DNA of 64,000 bases from Candidatus Latescibacterota bacterium (GTDB taxonomy: Bacteria; Latescibacterota; UBA2968; UBA8231). Position 1 is the first letter of the stretch; every line of letters starts with the position of its first letter. Location: positions 2,336,001 through 2,400,000 of the forward strand of contig OZ242318.1 of NCBI GenBank assembly GCA_965208105.1, read 5' to 3'. Below are positions 11,786 to 22,285 of this stretch, one piece after another. The notes beneath the pieces were generated by a model that was not told the origin of the DNA, did no database searches, and saw only the letters and a list, made by a program, of their open reading frames with translations. The translations under genes and the position numbers were made by a program.

Positions 11786-13729
11786 TTGCGGAGGCAATGG
11801 ATCGGGACTTGCATGGCGGTTCTGCTGCTCCCGGAGGCATTCATCCGGTCCGCATCAGCGGAACAGTACACCCTGAGATTTGGCAAGTCCAGTACGCGGA
11901 TGTCCTGGAGTCACAGGCTGCCCAATTGGCAGTACTCGGTGCCCGTGCGCATTTCATCGCACGGAGACTCAACCTCCATGCTGCGAATTTCCACCTCGGC
12001 TAGTCTGAACTACATTCTCGACGAGCGCAGAAGAGGCAGGAACTGGCAGGACAACGGCTCGGTAAACTGGTTGGTCAACTATCCGATTCTGGGTCCGAAG
12101 GCCGCCATCGGAATTTCGGGCCGCGTGTCCACCCGAAATGCGACACTGCGAAGGCAAAAAATCCGGAACCAGACATTCGGTTTCAACTTTCAATACAAGC
12201 CCTTTCAAAGGGGGCCTTTCCGATCCTTGAGAGCGACCGTGACCCCCGGTCTCATTACTTCCAGCCGTGTCAGCCGAGCCAAGCTCGACAGCACCATTCA
12301 GGAAAAGGGAATTCAGTACAATGCTCGTCTCAGCGTAGCACCGGATGGCAGGATAGCCGGGAAAAAAGTGACCAGCTCCTTGCGATTGTCAAAGAGGGAC
12401 AACACTCTCAAGAACAACAAGGACCGCAGTGAGACGCTCGGCATGAACTTCGGCTACAGTTTACCGCACGATGTAAGCACCAGTTTCAGCATTCATGAAT
12501 CCCGCACCCAGCGAGGAGTGACCCGCTCTGTTATCAGCGAGAAGGAGTCGGACCAGGTCGCGCTGCAGGATACCGCCGTTGTAGCTGACATCTCTCAAAG
12601 CCGGAATACCAGCCTCTTGTCCAAAGTGGACTTCAGGTTGGGCAGGTTCAAAGTCGACAACAGCGTCTCTTACGCGGAGAACCTCAACACGAATACGGCC
12701 AGTGACGACCAGGACGCGAGAAACAGGTACTTCGGGACAGACCGCCAGAGTAAAAAATGGAGCATGACGGCCGATGTGTCCGGCAAACTGGTCGAGCGAC
12801 TAGTCAGCCGCACTTCGCTGATCTACACCACGAGAGAGCAGCGATTTCTGCCCGTAAAACTGGCGGACGAACGGATCTATCGCGACGACCGCGAAGATCG
12901 GGAGGATCAAAGTCTGTCCTTGCAAGGTTCACTGGACTGGCAACCGGCGGAACAACATTCGATCACTCTTTCAGCCCAGGTCCGTTCCACCAGGGATGAG
13001 AACCCCGGCGCTCAGAAGCAGGACAGGGACACCTTCCGCAGCGCTTCCAGGCTGTCTTACGATGGCACCATGGCCAGCGGGCTCAGACTTACCGTGGGAC
13101 TTGGAACGAGCCTCCTCCACAGGGTTAATTTGCACGCGAGCCGTTCGAGTGACAATTCTCGAAACCGGGATATAAGCTTGAATGTGAACACCCGCTATGA
13201 ACGGCTGGCTGCGAGCATTTCCCACAGTTTCGGCATATCCGCCAGACGTACGATCTTTGATTTCGACCGCCAGATCAACAGCGGGGAACTAGACCGCAAA
13301 AGCAATATCCGGCGCGGCTGGAACATGAGGCACTCCATTCGCCGCAAAGTCCTGGAGCATCTTCAACTCAACCTCACCTACGCCTACAAAGCCGACGATT
13401 TCGGAAAGCTTTTCGTAGAGTCGCAAACACAGTTGGTGGAAGAGGACAACAACGATCACACCTTTGGCTTCGGAATGTCCTTCACGCCCAGCAGCATCTT
13501 CTCCCTGGGGACCAACTATACCTACCGGCTGGATAGGAAGTGGGACCACGAGTTTGTGGATCTTCGCGAGCAGCGGCTTTTGAGTTTCCGCAACAGACAC
13601 GAGAACCTGGGGATGAGTATTACCTATAGGCCCAGCGAATACACCAACCTCGATATGAGGGGAAGCCGCTCGCGTCAAAGAAGCGGAGTCTTCGACAGTT
13701 TCAACGTATCTTACAGCCGGAACATATGA
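11786..13729 (+). CDS. Hypothetical exported protein, probable OM beta-barrel
   Basis: Signal-peptide-like N-terminus (..ASA-E), many alternating-polarity strands, C-terminal FNVSYSRNI. Confidence 0.6.
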   Translation: MRRQWIGTCMAVLLLPEAFIRSASAEQYTLRFGKSSTRMSWSHRLPNWQYSVPVRISSHGDSTSMLRISTSASLNYILDERRRGRNWQDNGSVNWLVNYPILGPKAAIGISGRVSTRNATLRRQKIRNQTFGFNFQYKPFQRGPFRSLRATVTPGLITSSRVSRAKLDSTIQEKGIQYNARLSVAPDGRIAGKKVTSSLRLSKRDNTLKNNKDRSETLGMNFGYSLPHDVSTSFSIHESRTQRGVTRSVISEKESDQVALQDTAVVADISQSRNTSLLSKVDFRLGRFKVDNSVSYAENLNTNTASDDQDARNRYFGTDRQSKKWSMTADVSGKLVERLVSRTSLIYTTREQRFLPVKLADERIYRDDREDREDQSLSLQGSLDWQPAEQHSITLSAQVRSTRDENPGAQKQDRDTFRSASRLSYDGTMASGLRLTVGLGTSLLHRVNLHASRSSDNSRNRDISLNVNTRYERLAASISHSFGISARRTIFDFDRQINSGELDRKSNIRRGWNMRHSIRRKVLEHLQLNLTYAYKADDFGKLFVESQTQLVEEDNNDHTFGFGMSFTPSSIFSLGTNYTYRLDRKWDHEFVDLREQRLLSFRNRHENLGMSITYRPSEYTNLDMRGSRSRQRSGVFDSFNVSYSRNI

Positions 13730-13919
13730 TTTTAACCTGAAAAAAGTTTCCATACCAAGTCCTCATCTGGCCCTCTGGCACAGGAGAAGCCGGACGTTCT
13801 GCTTTCCCGGCCGGCATATCGCAGGTGATAAGCCACCTCAGGGAATATCTTCAGCGCCGCTATTCCCGGTTCCCCGGCGTAGATGCGGATGTGAGTACGG
13901 AATCCAAGGAGTCCAGATC

Positions 13920-14840
13920 ATGGCCATGCCTCAATCCGAAAAAATCTGGTTCAACGGAAATTTCCTCAAATGGGAGGACGCCAGGATACATGTCCTCTCT
14001 CATGTAATACACTACGGCTCCAGTGTATTCGAGGGCATCCGGTGCTACAGTACCCTGCGGGGTCCGGCGGTCTTCCGCCTCAAGGATCACGTGGACCGCC
14101 TCTACGACTCTGCCAAGATCTACCGGATGGAGATTCCCTACACCAGAGCTGAATTCACCGAGGCCATTCTGGAAACTGTCCGGGAAAACCATCTCGAGGC
14201 CTGTTATATCCGGCCGGTTATTTTCCGCGGCTACGGCGCCTTGCAGGTCAACCCCTTGGGTTGTCCCATCGACTCCGTAATCGCAGTCTGGGAATGGGGA
14301 CAGTATCTGGGAGAAGAAGCTATTGAAAGAGGAGTATCCGTCTGTACTTCATCCTGGAGCCGCATGGCTCCGAATACCTTCCCTTTTCTTGCCAAGGCGG
14401 GGGGCAACTACCTGAACTCCCAGTTGGTGAAGATGGAAGCCAATGCAAATGGCTACGAAGAAGGAATCGTGCTTGGGACGGATGGATTGGTAAGCGAAGG
14501 CAGCGGAGAAAATATCTTCGCGGTGAGAAACGGTGTTATCTTCACTCCATCGTCCAGCTTTTCCATACTTCCTGGAATCACCCGTCACTCGGCCATCACC
14601 TTGGCTCGAGATCTGGGTTTCAAAGTGGAGCAGCGGGCCATCCCGCGCGAATTCCTCTACATGGCCGACGAGATATTTTTTACCGGCACTGCGGCTGAGA
14701 TAACCCCGATTCGGTCAATCGACCAGATTCCGATCGGCAGCGGCGAAAGGGGACCGATTACTCACAAGATGCAGCAGGCATTTTTTGCAATGACCAGCGC
14801 CAAGGCGGAGGACTGCCACGGCTGGCTGACTTTCGTCTGA
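13920..14840 (+). CDS. ilvE: Branched-chain amino acid aminotransferase
   Basis: [45 protein letters not shown]. Confidence 0.97.
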   Translation: MAMPQSEKIWFNGNFLKWEDARIHVLSHVIHYGSSVFEGIRCYSTLRGPAVFRLKDHVDRLYDSAKIYRMEIPYTRAEFTEAILETVRENHLEACYIRPVIFRGYGALQVNPLGCPIDSVIAVWEWGQYLGEEAIERGVSVCTSSWSRMAPNTFPFLAKAGGNYLNSQLVKMEANANGYEEGIVLGTDGLVSEGSGENIFAVRNGVIFTPSSSFSILPGITRHSAITLARDLGFKVEQRAIPREFLYMADEIFFTGTAAEITPIRSIDQIPIGSGERGPITHKMQQAFFAMTSAKAEDCHGWLTFV

Positions 14841-14857
14841 ACCGGGGAGTGGAACAG

Positions 14858-16708
14858 ATGCGAAGCAAGATACACCGATATTCGGGATCGAAACTCTGGT
14901 TGGGATTCTGCATGGCGTGGATCGCCACTCAGGCCGGGGCCAATACAGCATGGGAGAAGGTGCAGGGAATTTTGTCGGGAACGCGTGATGTTATCGTTCT
15001 GGACGGCACCGACCAGGCACCGCTGAAATACTCTGGCGAGGATAGCGCGGAGTATGGAGATTGGATGGTTCGGCACCTGCTCTCCGACCCGGAAAAGCTC
15101 AACCCCTATACTTCCAGCGATAGAAGCGCTACAAGAGTCCTGGGATATGTTTTCGAGAGCCTGCTCTACGCGGAAAACGAGCCGCCCTATCCTCTGAAGG
15201 GGCTGATAGCCAAAAGCCATCCGACCATTTCCGAGGACAAACTCTCCTATTCCTTCGAAATCAGGGAAGATGTCCAATTTTCCGACGGCCGGCCGCTCAC
15301 CGCCGACGATGTACTTTTCAGTATGAAGGCCATCAAGAACCCCCATGTCCTGGCGCCCCATATGCGGAATTACTTCGCCACCATCAGAGGCGTTCGACAG
15401 GACGGAAAATTCAAGGTCACCTTCATCTGTGATGAGCCATACTTCCGCAATGACCTGGCACTGGGGAGTTTCGAGGTCTTGCCCAAACACTTCTATGACC
15501 CGGATGGCCTGCTCGACCCCGTAAGTATCGGCAACTTGATCGACGGGTCCTGGGAAGAAGGGCAGCACGCGGACCGGGTGAAGAAATTCGCCGAGCAGTT
15601 CAACCAGAATTTCAATCGCAAGGTACTGGGAACCGGGCCCTACTTCATCGAAGATGTGGAACGGGACGTGATTACCCAACAGAAGATCGTCCTGACGCGC
15701 AGCTCGAACTATTGGGGCGCACGCCAAGAAGAACTGCCCTCGTCGGGCTATGTCGACAAGATCATCTTCAAGATCATCAACAATACGGACGCTGCATTCA
15801 TCGAGTTGACCAACGGCAACCTCGACTATCACAGCCTGCGGCCGCTGGAATTCAAGGACAAAAGCTGGTCCTCTGACTTTACCAGTCGGTTTCTGAAGGG
15901 GATCGAATATCGCAGTGGTTATACCTATATCGGCTGGAACAATATTCATCCCATTTTCCGCGACCGGCAGGTTCGGTTGGCCATGACTCATCTGACCGAC
16001 AAGGAATCGATGGTAGAAAACCTGCTCTTCGGCCTCGGCGAGCCGGTCGAAGGTCCGATCCACAAGTTCCGCCCGGAATACGACCACGACCTGGAACCCT
16101 ATCTCTACGATCCGGAAGGCGCCCTGGACTTGTTGGAGGAAGCCGGCTGGAGTGACAGTGATGATGACGGCATATTGGACAAGGTGATCGACGGCGAAAG
16201 AGTCCCCTTCAGGTTTGAATTTCTGGTCAACTCGGGGAACCAGATCCGCAAGGATATCGCCCTGGTTCTTCAGAGCGAACTGCAGGATATCGGCATTGTT
16301 TGCGAGGTGCGCGAGCTCGACTGGTCCGTCTTTCTCGACCGCGTCAAGAACAAAGACTTTGCAGCCGTTACCCTGGGATGGTCAGGCAGCCTGCGGTTTC
16401 CTCCGGATGGATACCAGATCTGGCATTCCTCCCAGGCACAAAGCGGAGGATCCAATTTCGTCAGCTTCAAAAACGCAGAGGTCGACCACATTCTCGAAGA
16501 GTACCGGCGCGAATTCGACATGGAAAAGAGAATAGCGCTCTACCACCGATTCCAGGAAATCCTCCACGGGGAGCAGCCCTACACCTTCCTGTGGAAAGGG
16601 CGCAGAGCCCATGCCTACAGCCGTCGCTTCCGCGGTGTGAACTGGTACCCCATAGGAGCCGACACCCAGGAGTGGTGGGTCAACCCTGCGGACCGATTCT
16701 ACCCCTGA
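14858..16708 (+). CDS. Peptide/nickel ABC transporter substrate-binding protein (family 5)
   Basis: DPEKLNP, FSDGRPLTADDVLFS, GTGPY, YIGWN..HPIFRDRQVR, NFVSFKNAEVD. Confidence 0.93.
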   Translation: MRSKIHRYSGSKLWLGFCMAWIATQAGANTAWEKVQGILSGTRDVIVLDGTDQAPLKYSGEDSAEYGDWMVRHLLSDPEKLNPYTSSDRSATRVLGYVFESLLYAENEPPYPLKGLIAKSHPTISEDKLSYSFEIREDVQFSDGRPLTADDVLFSMKAIKNPHVLAPHMRNYFATIRGVRQDGKFKVTFICDEPYFRNDLALGSFEVLPKHFYDPDGLLDPVSIGNLIDGSWEEGQHADRVKKFAEQFNQNFNRKVLGTGPYFIEDVERDVITQQKIVLTRSSNYWGARQEELPSSGYVDKIIFKIINNTDAAFIELTNGNLDYHSLRPLEFKDKSWSSDFTSRFLKGIEYRSGYTYIGWNNIHPIFRDRQVRLAMTHLTDKESMVENLLFGLGEPVEGPIHKFRPEYDHDLEPYLYDPEGALDLLEEAGWSDSDDDGILDKVIDGERVPFRFEFLVNSGNQIRKDIALVLQSELQDIGIVCEVRELDWSVFLDRVKNKDFAAVTLGWSGSLRFPPDGYQIWHSSQAQSGGSNFVSFKNAEVDHILEEYRREFDMEKRIALYHRFQEILHGEQPYTFLWKGRRAHAYSRRFRGVNWYPIGADTQEWWVNPADRFYP

Positions 16709-16775
16709 GTAACGGGGATTCCTCAGATTTGCCCCTGCCTGTTTCGTTCCCCCGCGCCAGAATGGTTTTCATATC

Positions 16776-18077
16776 ATGTTGCAATACACATTACAACGCC
16801 TCCTTCTGGCCGTTCCCACGCTCTTGGGTATCACCCTCATTTCCTTTCTCATAATGCACCTGGCCCCCGGGGACCCGGTCGACCTCTTTCTGGGCGGTGC
16901 CGCGGATAGTGAGGGGATCTCCACGGACCGGCAGTCCGACTTTGAAAAGACCCGCCAGGACCTGCGGCGGCAATTGGGCCTCGACAAACCACTTTTCATC
17001 CAGTACTTGAACTGGCTCTCCAACCTGGTCGCCAAGGCTGAAAACCTGAACGAGTTCGACCGAATGGCCCTGCTGGCAGACCGGGTATTGGGCCAGCTCA
17101 GCGAAAGGCAGCGGTCCGAGCTCGCCGACCTGGAATATCAGGCGCTCAAGCAGCGTTTCCTGGAAAATTTTCGCCGGATTCTTCCTCAACGTGCAGACGA
17201 GTTCGAGGCATCGTCCTTCTGGCAAGGCAATACCTTCAAGCCGGAGGCCAACTACGAGTACAACGGAGCCGGCCTGGAGCTGTTCCACCTCTTCGACCAC
17301 CGCTTCGTGACCCTGAATTTCGGGCGTTCCTTCAAGGACCAACAGCCTGTGATCAAACACATCCTGGGTCGCCTGCCCGTCACGTTGGAGATCAACCTCC
17401 TTGCCCTCCTGGCAGCATATTTCATCGGCGTCCCTTTGGGCATGCTGTTGTCGGTCAAGCAGAATACGCCCACGGACCGCCTGCTGACCGGGGGAACCTT
17501 CATGCTCTGGTCCATGCCTTCGTTCTGGGTGGGAATGTTGTTGATCATATTCTTTTGCAACAAGGAATTCTTCTACTGGTTCCCGGCCGCGGGAATTCAA
17601 TCCCTGGAGGCCTCCGAGGACTGGGGATTCTGGCGTCTGTTCACCGATCACGCCCATCACATGGTGTTACCCGTGTTGGCCTCCACCTATGCCAGTTTTG
17701 CGGGAATTTCGAGATACATGCGCACCAGCATGCTGGAGAATCTTCGCCTGGACTATGTGCGCACGGCCCAGGCCAAAGGGCTTCGATTTCCCCTTGTAGT
17801 TTTTCGCCATGTCCTGCGCAACTCCCTGATCCCCATAATAACTCTGATGGCTGGGCTGCTTCCAGCTCTTATTGCCGGATCGGTATTCATCGAGACGATC
17901 TTCACCATTCCAGGCATGGGTTTTCTCGGCTTTCAGTCGGTTATCGTACGCGACTACCCGATGGTCATGGCCCTTTTCACCATCGGCTCGGCCCTCTCCC
18001 TCCTGGGGATCCTGGTTGCGGATATTCTCCTCAAGGCGGTGGACCCTCGAATCGAGTTCGCCCGCGTGCAGGGATGA
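16776..18077 (+). CDS. Peptide ABC permease (OppB/DppB type)
   Basis: HLAPGDP, GLDKPLFIQY, NFGRSF, DYVRTAQAKGL, HVLRNSLIP, DPRI. Confidence 0.95.
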   Translation: MLQYTLQRLLLAVPTLLGITLISFLIMHLAPGDPVDLFLGGAADSEGISTDRQSDFEKTRQDLRRQLGLDKPLFIQYLNWLSNLVAKAENLNEFDRMALLADRVLGQLSERQRSELADLEYQALKQRFLENFRRILPQRADEFEASSFWQGNTFKPEANYEYNGAGLELFHLFDHRFVTLNFGRSFKDQQPVIKHILGRLPVTLEINLLALLAAYFIGVPLGMLLSVKQNTPTDRLLTGGTFMLWSMPSFWVGMLLIIFFCNKEFFYWFPAAGIQSLEASEDWGFWRLFTDHAHHMVLPVLASTYASFAGISRYMRTSMLENLRLDYVRTAQAKGLRFPLVVFRHVLRNSLIPIITLMAGLLPALIAGSVFIETIFTIPGMGFLGFQSVIVRDYPMVMALFTIGSALSLLGILVADILLKAVDPRIEFARVQG

Positions 18078-18080
18078 GAA

Positions 18081-19133
18081 ATGAAACCCCCGGAACAACC
18101 AGAACCGATTGAAGATTCCGCGCCCGAAAAGAGGTCGGAGTCATATCCCAGGATCGTCTGGCGGCAGTTCAAGAAAAATCGCCTGGCCATGGCCGGCCTG
18201 GCCGCTATCGTCTTCCTGGCGCTGGCGGCCATCGCGGCCGATCTCATAGCCGGCAACAAACCATATTACATGAAATACAGGGATAAGACCTACTTCCCCG
18301 CCTTTCGCCAATACGCGGTTTACCTGGGAGTGGTGGACTGGCCCAAGGAATTGAAAAGGCGGAAGAACTTCAAAAAACTCAAAACTCAAGAAGCCATTTT
18401 TCCCCCCATACCATTTGGGCCTGGGGAAATCAGGCTGCGTGAGAAATACCAGCCTCCGAGCGCGGCACACCTTCTGGGCACGGACCGCCTGGGTCGCGAT
18501 GTGCTGGCCGGCTTGATCCATGGAACCCGCTACGCCTTGACCATCGGCCTGGTATCCGTGGGGATATCGATGATCGTCGGCGTCTTCCTGGGAGCTCTGT
18601 CCGGATATTTCGGAGGGTGGATGGACTTGCTGCTATCTCGGTTTTTTGAGTTGTGGGCGGCCATCCCCTCCTTTTTTCTCATCCTCACGGCTGCGGCATT
18701 CTTTCCCCCCAGCTTGTTTTTCATAATGGTAATCATAGGCCTGACCGGATGGGTCTGGATCGCGCGTCTTACCCGCTCCCAGTTTCTTCAGGTTCGAAGC
18801 TATGACTTCGTGGCCGCGGCAAGAGGATTGGGGTGTTCAAACCAGCGGGTCATGTTCCAGCATATCCTTCCCAATGCCATGGGTCCCATCCTCGTACCCG
18901 CCGCGTTCGGAGTAGCAGGGGCAATCCTGGCGGAGTCTGGCTTGAGTTTTTTGGGAATCGGAGTCCCCGCGGAGACCATCACCTGGGGATCTCTGCTGGC
19001 GGGCGCGCGCAGTAACGCCGCAGCCTGGTGGCTGGTTGTGGCACCGGGCGCCGCCATTTTCCTCACAGTGACCATGTACAATTTACTGGGCGACGGGTTG
19101 AGGGATGCACTCGACCCGAAAATGAAATTCTAG
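18081..19133 (+). CDS. Peptide ABC permease (OppC/DppC type)
   Basis: HLLGTDRLGRD, FVAAARGLG, HILPNAM, ESGLSFLGIG, GDGLRDALDP. Confidence 0.95.
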   Translation: MKPPEQPEPIEDSAPEKRSESYPRIVWRQFKKNRLAMAGLAAIVFLALAAIAADLIAGNKPYYMKYRDKTYFPAFRQYAVYLGVVDWPKELKRRKNFKKLKTQEAIFPPIPFGPGEIRLREKYQPPSAAHLLGTDRLGRDVLAGLIHGTRYALTIGLVSVGISMIVGVFLGALSGYFGGWMDLLLSRFFELWAAIPSFFLILTAAAFFPPSLFFIMVIIGLTGWVWIARLTRSQFLQVRSYDFVAAARGLGCSNQRVMFQHILPNAMGPILVPAAFGVAGAILAESGLSFLGIGVPAETITWGSLLAGARSNAAAWWLVVAPGAAIFLTVTMYNLLGDGLRDALDPKMKF

Positions 19134-19292
19134 GCGCAATGTTCCCCTGGTGAAATGATAGTCGAGGGAGGCTTTTCCGGTTCTGCCATAGGTACTGCCA
19201 CGGAGAATAGGCAGGCTCAACTGCCGCTGTATTGAGCAGACAAAGGCCAATCCAGATCCTGGATTACGCCCTGATGGGGCGGGGAATATGCC

Positions 19293-19321
19293 TTGATATT
19301 GTGGGTAGCAGCCGTTATATT
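19293..19321 (+). promoter_or_regulatory. Putative sigma70 promoter for the tadA-tRNA-SRP-dnaX cluster
   Basis: TTGATA-17 nt-TATATT. Confidence 0.55.
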
Positions 19322-19400
19322 TATTCGCTTTGGGATTAAGCCCGGGAACCGGCCTCGAGACAGTTCAAACGGAAGGATTCGCACCTCTCCAGCCACAGGC

Positions 19401-19871
19401 ATGGCGACCACCGATACCTACTGGATGCGCCAGGCAATCGCCCTTGCGCAGGAAGCCTGCCGAGGAGGTGAAGTCCCCGTTGGGGCACTGATCGTAAGGG
19501 ATGGTTTCGTGGTTGGGAGCGGGCGAAACGCTACGGAGTGTGAGCAGGATCCCACCGCGCACGCCGAGATGCAGGCCATCCGGCAGGCCGTAGCTGCCCT
19601 GAACTCGCGCCGGTTGTCGGACACAACCATGTATGTAACCCTGGAACCATGTGCCATGTGCGCGGGGGCGGTGGTTTTGGCTCGCATCCCACGATTGGTC
19701 TTCGGGGCTTTCGACCCCAAAAGTGGGGCTTGCGGCTCGTTGAGAAACCTGGTCCGGGACCACCGCTTGAACCATCGATGCGAGGTGATTGGCGGAATCC
19801 TTGGTCAGGAATGTAGTGTATTACTTAAAGATTTCTTCGAGGAACTCAGGCTTTCTGGCAAAACGGCATAA
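19401..19871 (+). CDS. tadA: tRNA adenosine(34) deaminase
   Basis: EVPVGA, DPTAHAE, VTLEPCAMCAGA, DPKSGACGS, LNH. Confidence 0.96.
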   Translation: MATTDTYWMRQAIALAQEACRGGEVPVGALIVRDGFVVGSGRNATECEQDPTAHAEMQAIRQAVAALNSRRLSDTTMYVTLEPCAMCAGAVVLARIPRLVFGAFDPKSGACGSLRNLVRDHRLNHRCEVIGGILGQECSVLLKDFFEELRLSGKTA

Positions 19872-19876
19872 TTTGA

Positions 19877-19966
<90 letters not shown>

Positions 19967-19985
19967 AACCAGCTCGTTCGCAACT

Positions 19986-20076
19986 GGAGAGATGACCGAG
20001 TGGCCGAAGGTGCACGACTGGAAATCGTGTGTAGCGCAAAACGCTACCGAGGGTTCGAATCCCTCTCTCTCCGCCA
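19986..20076 (+). tRNA. tRNA-Ser(GGA)
   Basis: GGAGAGA/TCTCTCC acceptor stem, CACGA-CTGGAAA-TCGTG anticodon arm, long variable arm, CCA. Confidence 0.97.
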
Positions 20077-20099
20077 TGAAAATTTCGAGACGCGGTTCT

Positions 20100-20175
20100 G
20101 GGGCAGTAGCTCAGTTGGGAGAGCGCTAGGTTCGCAATCTGGAGGTCGTGGGTTCGAATCCCATCTGCTCCACCA
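20100..20175 (+). tRNA. tRNA-Ala(CGC)
   Basis: GGGGCAG/CTGCTCC with G3:U70, loop TT-CGC-AA, A73, CCA. Confidence 0.95.
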
Positions 20176-20192
20176 AATTTCTAATGGCTGAA

Positions 20193-20464
20193 GGTCGTGC
20201 TAGATGGGGAGGTAGCGGTGCCCTGAACCCGCAATCCGCTATAGCGGGATTGAATTCCCATCCAGAGATTCTCGGTCCTCCAATTCAAATGGCGAAAAGC
20301 AGCGTAGAAGGCTGGATCCTGCGCAACGGTTGGCTTCTGAACCCCGTCAGGACCGGAAGGTAGCAGCGGTAAGAATGTCTCTTCCGTGTGCCGCAGGGAA
20401 GTCCGGCCGGAGCTGACTGGCGCCAGGAGAGTTGGTGGCCAGGGTCGAAGATGGGTGCACGACC
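20193..20464 (+). ncRNA. ffs: Large (Alu-domain-containing) bacterial SRP RNA
   Basis: 5' GGTCGTGC pairs with 3' GCACGACC; Alu-like GGGGAGGTAGCGGTGCCCTG..CGCAATCCGCTATAGCGGG; helix 8 GTCAGGACCGGAAGGTAGCAGC; upstream of dnaX. Confidence 0.93.
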
Positions 20465-20559
20465 CAATTTTTTTCGATCCCCCTTCCAAGGGCTGGTTGG
20501 CTTCATCCGACAATTCCGGCAGAGGAATCCTGCCCTTCTTTCTCGCTCCAAAAATTCCA

Positions 20560-22218
20560 ATGGCCTACCTGGTTACAGCAAGAAAATGGCGCCCGGATCG
20601 ATTCGAAGAAGTAGTGGCCCAAAATCACATTACTACGACGCTGCAGAATGCCCTGACTTCGGGACGCATCGCCCAGGCCTATCTGTTTTGTGGTCCTCGC
20701 GGCACCGGCAAAACCACCATGGCGCGGATCCTTGCCAAAGCCTTGAACTGCAGCCACAGGTCGGGTGCAGATCCGTGTAACGACTGCAACTCGTGCCGCA
20801 GCATCACCGAAGGTTCCAGCATGAACGTCCTGGAAATCGATGGAGCCTCCAACAACAGCGTCGACGATGTTCGCGAATTGCGCGAGGTAGTGCGCTACGT
20901 TTCGACCGAAGGCCTCTACAAGATCTATATTATCGACGAAGTACACATGCTTTCGACAGCAGCTTTCAATGCCTTGTTGAAGACCTTGGAAGAACCGCCC
21001 GCACATGTGGTGTTCCTCTTCGCGACCACCGAAGTCCAGGAGGTTCCCGACACCATCCTTTCCCGCTGTCAGCGTTTCAATTTTCGCCGTATTGGAACTG
21101 GCCAGACCGCCGCGCACCTGAAGAAAATCGTCTCCGCTGAAGGAATGGAGGCTGAAGAAGATGCCCTGTATCTGCTGGCCAATCGGGCGGATGGTTCGCT
21201 GCGGGACGCCGTGAGCCTGCTGGACCAGGTTGACTCTTTCTGCCAGGGGACCATTACCGTAAAAATGGTAGAGCAGGTTCTGGGGCTCGTGAACCGCAGT
21301 TTCTATTTCGACTTGTCCAGTGCAATCGCCGCGGCGGCCCCGCAGAAGGTCCTGAACCTCGTCAACACGGCAGTAGAGGAGGGGGCCGATGTTGAAGAGT
21401 TTGCCCACGGTTTTTCCGAGCACTTGCGTAACCTCCTCTTTATAAAAATTCAAGGCTCGGCAACCAAGTTGGAGATAGCGGAATCCGAGCGGCCGGAATA
21501 TGAAAGGATGGCTGATGCGTTTGCCGAGGAGGACATTGTTCGAATGCTGCAGGCGCTTCTGGACCTGGACCCCGAATTTAAGCGCTCGGTTCAGCCCAGG
21601 TTTCGTCTCGAATTGGTTCTCGTTCGCCTGGCTTTGATGGGCAGGGCCCTGGACATCGGGCAATTGCTTGCCCGGATTGGCACCCTTGAGAACGCACTGC
21701 AGGCAGGGGTTGCCGAAGGGAATTCAAAAAAAAAGGAAAGAACTCCGAATCCCGGACGTCCCCCATCAGAAGTGGCTGAGAAGAAGGACGCCGGGGGTAC
21801 GAATTCAGAGCCTGGTCAGGCTGCAGGTCCGGATCAAGAAACAGACGAAAGGCCGGATCAGGCGCAGCAGCCCCTGACCTCCGAGATGATCAGGTCGGAC
21901 TGGGACAATTTGGTCGAGGCCGTCGGCGCATCGCAGCCGGCACTGGGAAAATTCCTGGGTGGAGCCAGGTCGGTCGAGATAGAGGACAAAGTCCTGAAGC
22001 TCGTTTTTTCATCCGCTGATCGTTTCCCCATGATCCACGTGAGCAAGAGCCGGGACGTGGTGGAAGACATCTGCGCCAGGAGATGGGGCCGGTCTCTGCG
22101 CCTCAACTGCATCCTCGATGACGAAGGCGAGGTTCGGCAAGGGGGGGCAAAGGCGCCCTTGCACACGGAACCTACGGTCAAATCCGTCCTCCAGGTCTTT
22201 GACGGTGAGTTGATTTGA
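20560..22218 (+). CDS. dnaX: DNA polymerase III tau/gamma subunit
   Basis: ARKWRP, GPRGTGKTT, CNDCNSC, EIDGASN, IIDEVHML, FNALLKTLEEPP, SRCQ; ATG at 20560 (the upstream ORF extension overlaps SRP RNA). Confidence 0.97.
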   Translation: MAYLVTARKWRPDRFEEVVAQNHITTTLQNALTSGRIAQAYLFCGPRGTGKTTMARILAKALNCSHRSGADPCNDCNSCRSITEGSSMNVLEIDGASNNSVDDVRELREVVRYVSTEGLYKIYIIDEVHMLSTAAFNALLKTLEEPPAHVVFLFATTEVQEVPDTILSRCQRFNFRRIGTGQTAAHLKKIVSAEGMEAEEDALYLLANRADGSLRDAVSLLDQVDSFCQGTITVKMVEQVLGLVNRSFYFDLSSAIAAAAPQKVLNLVNTAVEEGADVEEFAHGFSEHLRNLLFIKIQGSATKLEIAESERPEYERMADAFAEEDIVRMLQALLDLDPEFKRSVQPRFRLELVLVRLALMGRALDIGQLLARIGTLENALQAGVAEGNSKKKERTPNPGRPPSEVAEKKDAGGTNSEPGQAAGPDQETDERPDQAQQPLTSEMIRSDWDNLVEAVGASQPALGKFLGGARSVEIEDKVLKLVFSSADRFPMIHVSKSRDVVEDICARRWGRSLRLNCILDDEGEVRQGGAKAPLHTEPTVKSVLQVFDGELI

Positions 22219-22285
22219 CCGCCTGGTTCAGCAGCGGCGCGGCCGACGGACCCGGGCGGGCATATTCTTTGAAATCGGAAATCAT

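Noticed and set aside
13776-13790. TGGCAC-N5-AAGC upstream of ilvE as a sigma54 promoter
   Set aside because: The -12 element lacks TTGC; too weak to call
14762-16087. 441-aa antisense ORF (similar ones lie opposite dnaX, ptsI, metK and alaS)
   Set aside because: Fully overlap well-supported genes on the opposite strand
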